NCBI RefSeq assembly: GCF_964204865.1 | Contig: NC_135253.1 | Coordinates: forward strand, 6,572,001 to 6,636,000 | From: Styela clava | Taxonomy: Eukaryota | Direction of reading: 5' to 3' | Length of the DNA: 64,000 nt | Part shown: positions 1 to 13,547 of the stretch, piece after piece | Numbering within the stretch: position 1 is the first letter of the stretch | Layout of the letters: each line of letters starts with the position of its first letter | Notes under the pieces: model-generated | Databases searched by the model: none | What the model saw: only the letters and a program-made list of their open reading frames with translations | Told to the model about the DNA's origin: nothing | Position numbers and translations under genes: made by a program

Positions 1-63
1 CCAACCGATGTATAATTTTTTTTTACGTAATTGGATATAACATTAGCACGTTTGAAATTCCAG

Positions 64-3000
64 TGGGATCTCGTATGCGACCGAGCATGGATATTGCCTC
101 TTATTACAATGTTATACATGAGTGGAGTTCTTGTTGGTTCACTTATGGGAGGATCGTTATCTGACAGGTTCGTAACTGTAATGACTATTTATGTAATCCT
201 AGTTTGAATACTTTGCAATATTAACATAAGCGTAAGAAAGATATTACTATCTAAAAATTTGAAATGAACGGCGTTCCACTTACTCCCGAACAAGCATCAT
301 AAATTCCTGCGGATAATATAATTTGACTTTCTCTCGTGAGAAGGATTGTTTTTAGATTCAATGAAGTATGCTTAGATAACGGTCGTAACGTATGAATAGT
401 AATGAATAAAACGCTTTTCTTCCTGTAAATAATTGGCCGATAAAAACCTTTGAATGTTTAAAATGCAAAAGAAAAGGTACATTCACGATGGGCAAATATT
501 AGCCTTATCGTGTCGTTTTTGTGCGAATTCCTGTTTGAAAGATTAAACTAGGCTTAAGATCACTAATATTTTAACCCTGTGACCCCAGCGTGAATATCCT
601 GTGAAAATATTTTTTAAATTTGCTCAAATGGTACCAAGATGGTGAATTTTGTAGTAAATTCTGACGGTCGTTCCATTATTTTAAAATGCCTAGATCAGTG
701 GTTCTCAACCTGTGGTACGCGTACCTCTAGTGGTACACGGGAGCTTTTCAAGCGGTGCGCGAGCAGATTTGAATTATTGCAACAATTAACCTTTCAGTTG
801 GCTAAAATATGCCGGCAACGCTTTATCTTCCTTACTGTATGTATTCGCTGAACAGCGTTTATGTATGTTTCCCTGAGCATCAGTTTTCTTGTTTATTTCC
901 GTAACTATAACCAATCAGCAATAAGTCAATAATGACGCAAAACGTAACAATTACAATTTCTGCACTCAGCCGCTTAGACACTTCTGTCGCTCAAACAGAT
1001 ATTCAAGCATGGTTGCAAACATTGCCTCGTTTTTGTAGTTTTGAGTGATATTTGTCAGTTTTCAGTTGTGTTTCAAGAAAATAATAGTGAATTTATTAAA
1101 TTAATTGTCATTATGTCCTCCGCGGAGCTTCACTTTAGTTGCAGTGATCGAAAGTGAATCTCGCAAATGCTGCGATGGACAGGGTTAAACTTAGCTATAT
1201 CAGTACCTGCAAACGGCACATGATTGATTAATTTTAATAAAAATTATGGTTTTAAACACGTGTTCCAGTTTATATGCGCCAAAATACCAAAACACTCTCA
1301 GAATAAGCATAAAGTTTGCAATAGTAAAGTATAGTAATTTTTCCGGGGTCAATAGTCGGGAAACGTCCATGGCACTGGTGTGCTGTCGGTGCTCTATTGC
1401 CCACTTTAAGCGATATGGGCATGTTTTTGTTTGTTTTGCGTGTTACGCCACAAACGATTTAGTGCCACATTATAAAATACACACATAGCATAATAGCATG
1501 TTTCTTGTGTCTCTTTCCCCACGCCAAAAAGGAGCTTTGTCGGTGGTACGCGGCCATAGTAAAAAAACAGTAAAGTGGTACGCGGTCGGTAAAAGGTTGA
1601 GAACCACTGGCCTAGAGGATTGCCCCAACCTGTTTAATCTTATATTTCAGGTTTGGACGAAAGCCTACATTTCTCTTCGGTACGTTGTTTATGTTCGTCT
1701 TTCTCGGATTGTGTGGCGTTTCAACTTCCCCACAAATGTTTGCAGGGTTTTTATTCTGTGCAGGCGCAACAGGATTCATCAATTATCTTACGGCATTCAC
1801 TATATGTAAGTGGTTAAGTAAGCTAGGTTGAAATGTATTTATTTTCTATACGTGATGCGTGTCTTGCACAATAAAGACAGGAAAAACATTTAGTAGCTTC
1901 TCATCCATGATAGTACAGAGCCATCTTGCAAGTGTATAAAATGCCGCATAATTAATTTATATAGTATGTATCTGAAGTGAATATCGAATTATATCAAATA
2001 CTGTAGTAATGTTTATGCCCACACTAGCTTGCGCGAATTTGGAAATACTAATTTTGCCTGTTTCAGATATATATATATTTATATGTGTCGTTTTTTCCAG
2101 CTGCCGAAATCATAAGCACAAAAGATCGAGTAGTCACTGGTACGCTAACTGTTGGTGGTTTTGCGATTGGTTACATGATCCTACCTGTCTTTGCATATTA
2201 CATCGGGAATTGGAGAGTGCTCTGTTATGTACTGGCATCTCTTGGTGTTGTATTTATTCCGTATATTTGGTGAGATGATGTTTATACTATTCGTTAGGCC
2301 CGCGTTCGCATTTCTGTATCAAGCAGTACTTCTCCAAATTATCATCGACAAAAATATAAATATGTGTTCCCTTCCCGATTCAGAGGGGTGGGATTTATTT
2401 TGGAAACTTCATGATATACAAAGTTTGTCTGACTGAGTAAGGAAATGACTGACAGTTTTTGCAACACAATAGAAATGAACAGTTTATTGGTGAAAGTAAC
2501 ACCAGGTCGCTTTTCCAGTACAACAACAGACAGATCTGGTTTACTTGCCAAATGTCTCAATTTAACCCGATTTGAACAAAATTCATCTCTGACAGATAAA
2601 TTTTATTCACTTTCATTTTGTCTCACTAAATAGCTCACCTGAGATATTGTATTGATCATATTATTTTACCCTGTCCTGCATTTGATTTACTGTTGCTATA
2701 CTTACGCAATGAGTTGAGGAGTATTCAAAACATATTTGAACGACCAAAATCGTTTCTCGGTAGTATTACCAGTATAAAAGTAGTGAATTTTTCTAATCTT
2801 TCCAATCTAATAAGTTACCAATATAAATCATGTTTCAGGTTAGCAAGCGAGTCTCCCCGTTGGCTGTTTACCAGGGGACGAAGAGAGGAATTCATTGCCC
2901 TTTTCATGAAAATTGCTGAAACAAATGGACTCGGCAAAGACAAGGCCAAAAGTCTGATACAGAATTTCTTTTCTGCAGAGGTGAATTAGACCAACTGTAT

Positions 3001-6000
3001 CTAAAAACAGATAGATGTGTTAGTGCTCAAACGACTTATATATGAAGGTGGCGGATACGAGCTTCTGCATAAGGAGAACTACGGTTGATTTGATGATGCG
3101 TTGGTGGCGGAGGGGGGAAGTTGTAATGCGCATCAAACAAGCGTGGTTCGGTGGCTCAACTAAACATAGTTCAAAGGGTGTTTCGTTATTTCAGGCGTCT
3201 GTCACGACAAGCCGTTGTAGCCTTGCTATTAAAGAAATACTTAATAATCCAATTGGACGGACGGACGGACACATACGAGAAAAAATTCTTTAAAAAATAT
3301 TTGGTTGCTTTTCATATTGTTTTGTCCACCGGAGTATGATTCTGAGCGTTGTTGGTAATAGAAAGTGTTTACTTATCTCCCTATTTGTAGTGTAATTATT
3401 GCTGTATTATTGCATTATCGATAGGCTTATCTCCATACTCATGTTCACGTTTTGCAGGATTCGATGCAAGAATGTGGTCTGCTCAGCGAAAACGAGATCA
3501 AAAAAAAAGATGAACCAGATCGCGTAGTAATTCGATCGAAACAAGAATCTTTTACATACATCGATCTGTTTCGCACCGGTGTTGTACGATCAAGAACTCT
3601 AACAATGTGGTTTACCTGGTGTGTATTTAATTTTTAAATCAGTAGTAGTGTTTCAGTTAATATGAAGTTGAATTTTTGTTCTTTCGCGTTTTGTATATTG
3701 GAGGTGATTTTCGTCATTGATACCTAACTCCGAGCCCAATCAGCACACAAATATAATCGCTATTACTTTTTGTCGACATTATGGGGCATAAAAAGAAATT
3801 TCATTCACTATTGAAATGAATACTGAACAAACAGAAAAACTAACAACGAAACTGTGGAAAGCCTGCTGTAAATTTTCCAGTATTTTACGGTGACTCTGTA
3901 GGTCCTCATGACATTGTCTTTTATGTAATTGAGCAAAATGCCAAGCATATGTCTGGTCCATATTAGATGTGTTCAAAAAAGCTTACAAATTGGATCAAAC
4001 TGAATTGGAAATACAATACTTGACAAAACCCCTTTTCTCTGTATCGTTTCTACTGCGTAGTTGTTTTAGTCTGGTAAATATTATGTTGAGTAGAATGTTT
4101 AGTTGCAGTCCATCGATGAATATAGATGCAAGAAAGCTTGATAATTTTACAATAATGAATGAAAATACAAAAGGTATGCAAAGGTGAGACTAGTCGTGTG
4201 TGATTTGGACACAATAAACCACTCGTCTCCATTCTCTCTACCTTCAAAAGAGCAATAATTATGCATTTAGATCACTAAAATTTGACGAAACAAAAATTCT
4301 AATTTACTCATTCATTCAAATCAAAAGTCGCAACATACCACACAATGAATATCCCAAACATTATCAATAGTTATTCAATCCTTGCGTTGGATCTCAAGTC
4401 CCATGATTTTTATTTTTGTATGAATTAGTAACTCTGTATACTGTATTTTGGAGGCGTTTTTGTAGTACGGGCTTTTATTAAAAGTTATTGCTGCTTCATA
4501 ATTTACTGCATGACTTAGATAACTGCATATAGTGCTTCAACCAAACCCGTTTTTAGGTTCGTGTGTTCAGTTGTGTATTACGGTGTGGCGTTCAACACTT
4601 CAAACATGGGAGGGAACCCCTATATCAACTGCTTCGTGGCCGCCGCTGTGGAGATACCGGCGTACGCCATGGTCATCGGTCTCCTGAAATGGCGCGGTCG
4701 GAAACCAATCCTCATCTCTACTCTACTGGTGGCAGGCCTGTCATGTTCAGCAGTTCCCTACCTGAAACAGAGTACATACCTTCCTCTGAGTTTTATTGTT
4801 TTAGTTACATTATTTATTATCGGAGCGATATTCCCATCCACCGGACAAGCAAAGATAGCTTTTTAGTCATCTATTTTGAGCACACCAATAACGAATTTTT
4901 CTGTGATTTGACGTAGTTTAGTTATAGCATTCGCTTTTGCTTCAAACAGGTAAGTTCCTGTTTGCCCCAGTCAACGTTCAAGCGTTGCACACTAAAACAC
5001 TCTTATTTAAACGCCAGTGTTCCATTTAATGGCCAATTTTTTATTAACTATGATTACCTATTATTTTGAAGTGCATTAAACTATGGTATACTATATCTTT
5101 ACCTGTTTATTTATTTCTCAGTTAACCAAGATATGGCAATCACGTTTGCGATGATTGGAAAATTATCAGTGTCTGGAGCATTCGGCATTATCTTCATTGT
5201 CTGTTCAGAACTCTTTCCCACGCTCATGCGCAGTATGGGAGTTGGTTCGTCGTCCATGGCGGCGAGAGTTGGAGGAATGGTTGCGCCTTATATACTTTAT
5301 CTAGGTAAACTTTTTATTTTCTTGTCTACTAAAATACATAGTTGTTGATCTTTTGCTATTCGGTTATAAATATGATAAACTTTCTTCACTTTCTGTACTA
5401 TCGTTTTCAATCACCACGAGCCAATCGTTTGTTATTGAAACATAAGAAAAATATACAGGGTTGTGCTGTGTTTAACTTCGCAGTGCCCCGTTATTTTACT
5501 GTGGAACATTTCGTTATAGTATAAAGCAGACATGGGCAAAGTACGACCCGCGGGCCAATTCCGCCCCCCTGGGTAATTCAATCTGGCTCGCTGGATGCTG
5601 GCACAACCAAACTGAAACCAAATTATGATGTTTTAGTTAAAAATAGCTCAAGGAATTTGTTGAGATTGCGGTTAAATTTAGCTTTGGCAGGTTTATTGTT
5701 TTCATCTGTTGCTTTTGTAACAATGTAAACCTTGTTCATAAAACATGGCTCTTTACGTCATACTTACATGGCTTGCCAGTTTAAGTGGGAATTTTTTTTG
5801 GCCCGTGATCCCAAAACCGTACCCACCCCTGATATAAATTCAATTTAACGAATACTCCCAATGTGCATTGGTATTCAGCAAAACTATTTATCATCTACGT
5901 CATAGGTTCTCAAAGTGCTCCGTACGGAGCCCCAGGGCTCCGCGAGAGAAACCCAGGGGCTCCGCGAGCTATTCGATTACTTTTCAAAATACTGACTAAT

Positions 6001-8823
6001 TTTGTAACTGTTCAAAGAAGCAATAACAGCTTTGATAAAATCTGACAACAATATAGCCTCGAAATATGGCACAGAGGCGGAATTTAAAAATGACATTATT
6101 TATAAGCAGGAGCGCAGCCAGGATTCTTAAGAGGGAGGTGGTTCAAAATTAGAATCGAAAATTTCCGCGCAACATTCGCGATTAAAAAACGGATAACGGG
6201 ATTTCTGTTGCGTAAAATATTCAATCCATGACCGATGCCAGCATTTAAAGTGTCACGTCGTTATAATGTAATTGTGTTCATCTTTACTCACCTTTGATTC
6301 GAAATTACTATTAGGATTACTAAAATGAAAGAATACTATTCTAAAATAACATAAAATATGTGATAAACTGCCAACTATAAATAAATTGGAGTCGTATTTT
6401 TGCGATCTTGGGATTTGTCAAACTTGATTTGTTCTTTCGCACTTGAGATTATATTTAAGCAAGATATCGCCGTTTGAAAAATCACAATGTCTGGTCAAAA
6501 TACGAACAATTGAAATATATTTTATTGCATTCGGCTCCATCGGTAGTTTTAGAATGAAAATGGTACATCGCGGATCGCGCGCACAATTGATTGCGTACGG
6601 TTCCGTCGGCAGTTTCAAATTGGGAAAAAAAAATACATCGCACGCACAATTGACTGTGTTTCGATTTTGCAGTTACTACGATGAAAATCTAACATAACAG
6701 CAAATTTTGTGATTTACAATGTCTATAAAAGCGTTTTCAATCTACGGTGAGTCTGCTGAAACCAAACGTGTAATCTTCCATTTTAAGTTTTAGTATTAAT
6801 ATTTTAGAATGCCGCTTTTCAATCAAGAAATTTGAGTTGCGGATCTACCTCTTCATTAATTATTATTTTTAGCAGTTCGTCGCCGATGACTATAAAATGG
6901 TAACATATTTTTCACATTGAACTCATAATTCCCCACGAGAACAAAAAAGCAATTAACGTCGTCATTGTGTAACAATACATGTATATATATGCCGAGGGAA
7001 ATTTTTGATTTAGGGAGAATAAACAACGGCGTAAAGATGTAGGTTCAAAAACACGCCGCCATGCTGAGGAAAAAAATCGGCGATTGTAACAAAATGCAAT
7101 CGCGCACATTATTAGCGGCATTTTGGGTCTTCCAAAAATGTCAAAAGGGAGAAGATTCGACCCCTAATTTATTAGTATGTTTGTCAAGTGTCAAATTTAC
7201 AGCTTTAGTATATATAATTTATGTTTGAAATTTAGATTTATTTATAACTTGTATTAACCCTATCAAAAAAGGTTCAGCATTTAAATTGAGTAAAGTACTT
7301 TTAACTTGCTCAGGAATATTAATCAGAAAGTAACAATTTTAACATTTATTTTGGGGCTCCGTGAATAATAGTCAACAATTTCAAGGGCTCCGCGACACAA
7401 AAAGTTTGAGAACCCCTGATCTACGTTATTATTCACCACTTGATTTTCCCACGTGTATTGGCTTAATGACCATGCGAATAACTCCCAAATACCGCCTTGT
7501 TATCTTGAACGACGATGTTCACATTTTTGAGATAACATTATAAACATGACCATATTTTCAACTCTGTGCCAATATAGATTTACAATCAAAATAACGTGAA
7601 TTCGGTCAAACAATTGGCTATATGCTATTCGACTGACATTCTATTAAATGGTATATGATAAAGAATACTCGATGGAATGTAACAGTGAGCGATATTTACT
7701 TGTTTTGGAACTCCTTAAATCAGGGGTCGGCAACCTTTTGTCGCTGCGGGCCAAAATTAAGGTTGCAAGTCATTGGCGGCCGCACATATTTTAATTAAGA
7801 AAGTTGAAAAACCGAACGGATGGTACTTTTCATAATAAAAATGAAGCAGTGATACATCTCTCGAATAGAGTATAGATTTATTTCCTCATTGCATCTCATA
7901 AAATTCCATTTGAATATTTTCAGCGCCATTGAACCATTTGCACTTAGCATAAACTTTTCTGCGTTTTGCTGCCATTTGCTTATTAATTTGCTTATTATAT
8001 GCTCATTAAACGAGTAATTGTAAATTATATAATTGTTAGGTTATAATTAGGGCTGGGCATTTAGAATCGAATATTCGAATCGAATAGTAAATTATTCGAA
8101 TCGGTTCAGAGCGAAATTTCGAATCGCCGCCATCTTGTTTTTTTCCTCTCCGTCAATTGTCGAGGTAAATTTCTCAATTTTTTTTTATGAAGTCATATTT
8201 TTTCAACGCAATTCTGACATAGGACTCTTTTCTGTAGTGAGTTATTGATAAAAACGTGTTTTTTATCGTGTGTGAACGCTCAGCAATCAGTCTGAGTGAT
8301 GTATTTTACGTTTCTAGTAATTTTTGTGTATAGAGGACCAAATACAAGAAGAAAGTTACATACGATTATATATATCCCAAGTATTCGAGATTCGATTCGA
8401 TTCGAAAAAAATATTCGATTCGATTCTGAAATCATCAGGTATTCGAAAATGCCCAGCCCTAGTTATAATATAATTTAGTCTGAAGTATATATTCGTCAAA
8501 ACGGATGTTTTGTTACTATGGGTTAGTGAAGCGTCACGGGCCGGATTATAGTGCTCCGCGGGACGGATGCGGCCCGCGGGCCGTAGGTTGCCGACCCCTG
8601 CCTTGAATGAACGAAAAATTTTATATTTACAGGAAAGACATATCCAAGTGCACCATACCTCATAATGGGCTTGCTGTCGTTATGTGCAGCCATAACTAAC
8701 ACCCTTCTACCTGAAACTAAAGACGCTGTGTTGCCAGAAAAAATTGAAGATCTAGAGCCGTTAGTATATTCTAAATCATTTTGTATAATACAACTCGATC
8801 CAATATATTCAAAGTTCTGTTGA
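64..8823 (+). CDS. SLC22-family (organic cation/anion/carnitine) MFS transporter, 5'-truncated by the window, 8 visible exons
   Basis: Exons with phase-consistent AG/GT sites: 64-167 (WDLVCDRAW...GGSLSDR), 1651-1805 (FGRKPTF), 2101-2269 (AEIISTKDR...NWRVL), 2839-2980 (ESPRWL), 3458-3618 (TYIDLFRT), 4557-4771 (SVVYYG...GRKP), 5122-5304 (ELFPTLMRSMGVG...ARVGGMVAPY), 8633-8823 (LLPETK...stop). These are hallmark SLC22 motifs. The C-terminal end could instead splice at 8764. Confidence 0.93.
696..1609. mobile_element. Non-autonomous hAT (Charlie/Buster-like) MITE in an SLC22 intron
   Basis: TIRs CAGTGGTTCTCAACCT / AGGTTGAGAACCACTG; 8-bp TSD gcctagat / gcctagag. Confidence 0.9.
5527..5831. mobile_element. 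Short degenerate hAT MITE
   Basis: Ends CAGACATGGGCAAAGTACGACCCGCGGGCC ... GTACCCACCCCTG; flanks gtataaag / atataaat (6/8 match). Confidence 0.7.
5901..7418. mobile_element. Non-autonomous hAT element (~1.5 kb), possibly with further insertions inside
   Basis: TIRs CATAGGTTCTCAAAGT / AGTTTGAGAACCCCTG; perfect 8-bp TSD atctacgt; subterminal GGGCTCCG repeats at both ends. Confidence 0.88.
7721..8600. mobile_element. hAT MITE (CAGGGGTCGGCAACC family) carrying a nested element
   Basis: TIR CAGGGGTCGGCAACCT / AGGTTGCCGACCCCTG; TSD ccttaaat / ccttgaat; a paralogous copy lies at 28728-29145. Confidence 0.92.
8048..8461. mobile_element. Nested hAT (Ac-like TAGGGCTG end) MITE
   Basis: TIR TAGGGCTGGGCATTT / AAATGCCCAGCCCTA; perfect TSD gttataat; subterminal (TTCGA/TCGAA)n repeats. 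Confidence 0.92.
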
Positions 8824-11800
8824 ATAAAGATTTTATAAATTGACATTTTGAGCAACTATTTAAATCTCTATTTTTCTGAAGTATATTATGTATTTTACAT
8901 TGTCAATGGTAAAATACGCCGTACCAGAGCGCATTGTCGACTTAATCACATCAACTACACTTAGGTATTTTTTTAAATCTCTAAATTAAAAGGATTCATG
9001 ATTTTGTCAACATATTATGGAATGGTCTTTCTTCCGCGATCACTACAATTTAACCATGAAGTGGCGATTTTCCCCGGGTCAAGACAGCATTTTTTTTGTT
9101 TAGGATTCATTTTCTGCCTTGCGTCAAACTCAAAAAGCTGAGGAAAAGAAAATTAGAATCAAATCTATGTTGACAACTACGTCATCCGGAAAAGACATTC
9201 ATTTTTTTATTATTTCTCCTTCTTTCCTTTTTTATTGAGATTTAGCAGTGTAGACAATTTTGGTGAGGCAATTTTGACAGGAAAATGCAGTGGACGGGCG
9301 CAGTGGTACTCGTCATACTTCTCAAAGGTTCGCATGTGGTCAAACCATGCTTGGGAAAATTTCTATGTTATTCTATTTTTATCATCCTTTTTTGTGAAGT
9401 TTTAATTGTGATAAAACCGTGACCTAGCAATATCAAATATTGAAGGATTATGTTTGACTGTGAATGTTTATATTACAAAAGTAAGGTGAAATTTTTATTA
9501 TACCTCTTTACAATTCTTAAGGGAATGGTGTTTATACACAGTTTTCACAAGATTTTTTGTCTGTTCAATTTCAGGGTTAACCGATCAGAGTTAGGCTATT
9601 GCTATTTCATATGCCCATGCCATGTTTAAATTGCGCTCATCTGTAATTAAACTGAACTCCATAATTACTTTATCGTACTTGTGTAGACAGTTCAAACATT
9701 ATTTCACTTTAGATATCTTCATACTACATGTAGTTTTTGTACCAAAATTTCAACCATGCACATCTGTACGAAATGTTTGGTGTCAGTATCGGCCTACTTG
9801 GTGCTGTTTAGAAGTATCCTGCAGTTTGGGAAATTTGGCCTTTGCACGTGCTTGCAGGACTGACTTATACATTCCAACGTCGGGCGCTAGTGTGGCGAAG
9901 TGGAACTATCTTGAGTTAGGGTTAGATATTAGTTTGTTCCTGTGAATTAGCCATGAGTTACGAACTACAAATATATATATATCGCGTATTTGGTTTTGAT
10001 ACCTCATTAACACAGAAAAGTTCGGTGAAATACGCAAGTGGATATTTGCTGCAGACTAAATTAAATTTACATTCGTATACTTATTAGTGATTTGACACTA
10101 AATGAGGATATGGATGATTGGCTAAAGCGTTGTTGTTATTCCGGTTGTTGGTGCGTGCGCAAAAACTAGTTTTCTCTGTAACTAATGGATCAGTCTGTTT
10201 TCATTTATCAGTACTGCGTATTTTTTCACTTTTCCTATGAGATCCTATTTTAATTCACGTGGGCACTGTTTTTATCTCGTTTATCTACATTTCGACGTGG
10301 CTATCAGCACTGCAGTAAGTTTTGACTCTTTCGTGTCTGTATATTTGATTGCGAATGCATTTCCATATTCCGTATGGGCCGCACAGACACCGGCACAGCA
10401 GTTAGTTAGGACACCCTCGTGTCTGCATATTTGAGAATTGCTCCCTTTTTTTTTATAAATTCAGCGAACAAGAGAGCTTATTCCGGCATTTGCAAAGACA
10501 GTCGAGTGAGAAATTATACGACAGCGTAGTAAATCTCTAATTATCACTCATTATTTAATCATTATGTGCTTGAAGTTAGTCGCGATCTGTGGAAAGTTTT
10601 AATTCTAGGCATGTTTATGACATTTTGTGGTGAAAAGCATTTCTGTTTTGCTAAACTTCCAGGCAGAAATATTCCCCGACCGGTAATGTCTCGGATCGTT
10701 ATCTATCAATTGCCTATACGGTACTCGTTTTTGCAAATGAACGGAGTAAAACAGCTTTGTAGGCGGTCCGGTCCTTATTGTTGAAATTTGTTCAATCGCA
10801 TTCACGGATTTATTGTTTCATTTGTTTTTAACAGATGTCTAGAAAAGAACAACGCGCTTACGTCGTCCGGGTCAATAAAAATTCACAAATATTAGTTACC
10901 ATCTACATGCAATGTAACTATCTCAATATTATTCTTTGCTTGGCAATTGTGAAAAAAAGAAATGCCGTGTTGATTTTATTATATGTCTATACATAATAAA
11001 CAAACTCACTTGTTTATTTTGGGTTTCTTTTTAGGATAAAAAAAAATATCGCGTAATTCTTTTAAAAGGGCCTCTGTTGTTGAATATCGTACGGATATTA
11101 TGATAATCACAGAAAAGATCTTTGTTTGTTGTACTTGTGTATACAATAGAATATTATATACACATGCACTCATTCCTAGCAATTTGCGGCTAAACGATTG
11201 TGTGGCTGGCATTATCATAACAAAATAGGAACCGAGGAAGGGGTGAAACAAAATAAATCGTGATTGTATTTAAATATATAAAAATAAAAAACCGTTTTGG
11301 TTATACTTCAGCAAGTTCATTTACGGGCGTTTACCAGGAACTGTTTCGATAATTGTGTCTTGTAAATAAAAGATTATATATACATGCGCGCACGATACAG
11401 AAACTACTTTAACAGCGAAAGCCAGGTTAACCACAAAAGAAAGTATACTCATATATATCACAATTATCAGTTGGGCCATCACGTATCCAACGATTTCTGA
11501 GTTTGATAGGAGAGGGTTTAAAAAATATATGAGAGTTATGTATTAGGTTTGGAAAAATTAACATTTTAAAAATATGACAAATATAATGATAAACAATAAT
11601 ACAATAACTGTTACGACACGTTGTTTAAATGTAGCGCAAATAACTTTATTCTATGCAAATAGTTCAGCTTGATTTACTGTTGATATCATTATGAGCCTGA
11701 CTAAGTATTGTGAACCTGGGGACTCGTGTTCATACAAAAAATGTGAACGGAATGCAAATTAGGGGAACACTGCTAATCTCAGGTCGAAATGCATTTACTC

Positions 11801-12273
11801 GAAACTCTTGTCGAGGAGCAACGCCAATCACCATCCACAGACAAGGTGACATATGATCGTCGTCCAAATAATCTCTTTTTAAATAGCTGTATTTTATTGC
11901 CCGCTAAGACCTTTTTATATTTACGTTTTCTTATTACTGCAGAACAACATTCTATTAAGTGATGACGATGCTTAAATAATACAAAATTTGATATATTCAA
12001 AGTATTTCCAACGTAATGATAGCAACAACACAAAAGTGAATATTATAACTAAAATTTAAAAAAATGTCAAGGTTTCCACTAATAATTGAGCAATATACTT
12101 ATCAGATAAAATCAAACAAGTTGCCCGAATCATTCAGAGCTCCTCAATTCTTTATTTTTTGCCGTCACTACCTACACCTTTTCCAATGCCAGCCCAGATT
12201 CTTTGAAAATCTTTGATTTGCCATAACTGATGACTTTGAATAAATGTCACTGCAATGAATCTACCTCATTATC

Positions 12274-13405
12274 CTACGGCCAGCAGTTTTTCTCGCACAG
12301 TTTGCAGGATACGTGTAGCCTCATCATACTTTTTGCTCTTTTTCGTCCTGTTTCATACCAAGGAGCCGATCGTTTGTCTAGAAATATATATACAATGTAA
12401 ATACTAAAAAGAAGGGATCTTATACAGAACCTACAAAAAATTATGAATGGAACAAAGTTTTATGAATGGAAAATGCGTTATCAAATAATTTTCAGCTCAA
12501 AGCCATAATAGTTTGAGCATTTAATTGAGTTATCAAGCTTTTATATTTTTATATGTCCAACACGCGAAACGCCAACCGGGGTTATTAAAAAGATTTTTTT
12601 GTGCTTGTTACATTTTTTTATCAATCATCTGTTCAGTTTTTTTGTAATGTTGAATGATAGCTATAAAAATATTAATACAATCTTAAAATACCTCTTCCAA
12701 CAGTGGCATCATCTGTAATGCTTCTTTTCGACAAAAACGAAACATGGCATCTGTCATGGATTGTACTGCACGCGTTTTCAACCACAGGTCCACATGCCTT
12801 CATAATGGTTTCGTATATTTTTCTGTGAATTTAATTATTAAACAGTTAAACAAAATAAAAGATGTAGTTTTTAAAATATTTATAGAGCAAATCTACAACA
12901 TGCCAAATGTCACCAACTACTGACCAAACTGCCGGTATCTATATTATTCCCTGTTATAATATGATTGATTCTAAAAAATCCCGTTCTCCATATTATTTTA
13001 TTCGAAAATAGTACGTTAAAAGATAAAACTTATTATTATTGCATTTATGCAAGTAAGAAACGCAGACTCGGAATGAAAATTATTGTAATTATTTTTCTGC
13101 AATGTTGGGACTCTCAATTATAATAATACCGTTATTGCTGACCTGCGTCTCTGTCTCTCTGGTCTATGAGTAGGTTGCAGGGTTGTTACTTCTGGTGCTT
13201 CCGTTTCTGCTGATAGGCGGATCACATGTGCAATTTTTCGTTTTGACATGGCGAATTTCTTTTGTAAGTATTTCATTTTATCAAACATATTCATCTGATT
13301 GAAATGTCTCACATAAGCAGGAGTTGCATCCATAGCTACCACAACAAACACAATTGTGATGGACAATATTAATAACACCCTTTGGCTTGTAATAATAGTC
13401 GACAT
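12274..13405 (-). CDS. Secreted prepropeptide (candidate peptide-hormone/neuropeptide precursor), 3 exons, 165 aa
   Basis: Exons 13405-13143 (AG|GTCAGC, phase 2), 12822-12692 (CACAG| ... G|GTATTT, phase 1) and 12377-12274 (TTCTAG| ... TAG) join into one frame: MSTIITSQRVLLILSITIVFVVVAMDA-TPAYVRHF...PERQRRR-KIYETIMKACGPVVENACSTIHDRCHVSFLS-KR-SITDDATVGRD-KR-SAPWYETG-RKR-AKSMMRLHVSCKLCEKNCWP*. It has a hydrophobic signal peptide, several basic sites and 6 Cys. Confidence 0.75.
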
Positions 13406-13536
13406 CTTAGGTAACAAAAGACTTTTAGTTATTCAAGAGATAATTTTACCGCCAATATCGTCTCTAGAAATTGCTTCGTTCAATTGCCTTGTTGAATTTC
13501 TAATTAGCTTTCGATTGTAGCCGTAATTCTAAGGAA

Positions 13537-13547
13537 TTATATATATA
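13537..13547 (-). promoter_or_regulatory. Candidate TATA box of the prepropeptide gene
   Basis: TATATATATAA on the minus strand, ~130 nt upstream of the ATG at 13405. Confidence 0.35.

Noticed and set aside
10600-10790. Faint piggyBac-like peptide (KYSPTGNVSDRYLSIAYT) on the + strand
   Set aside because: Too degenerate, with stops; no TTAA-flanked TIRs identified.
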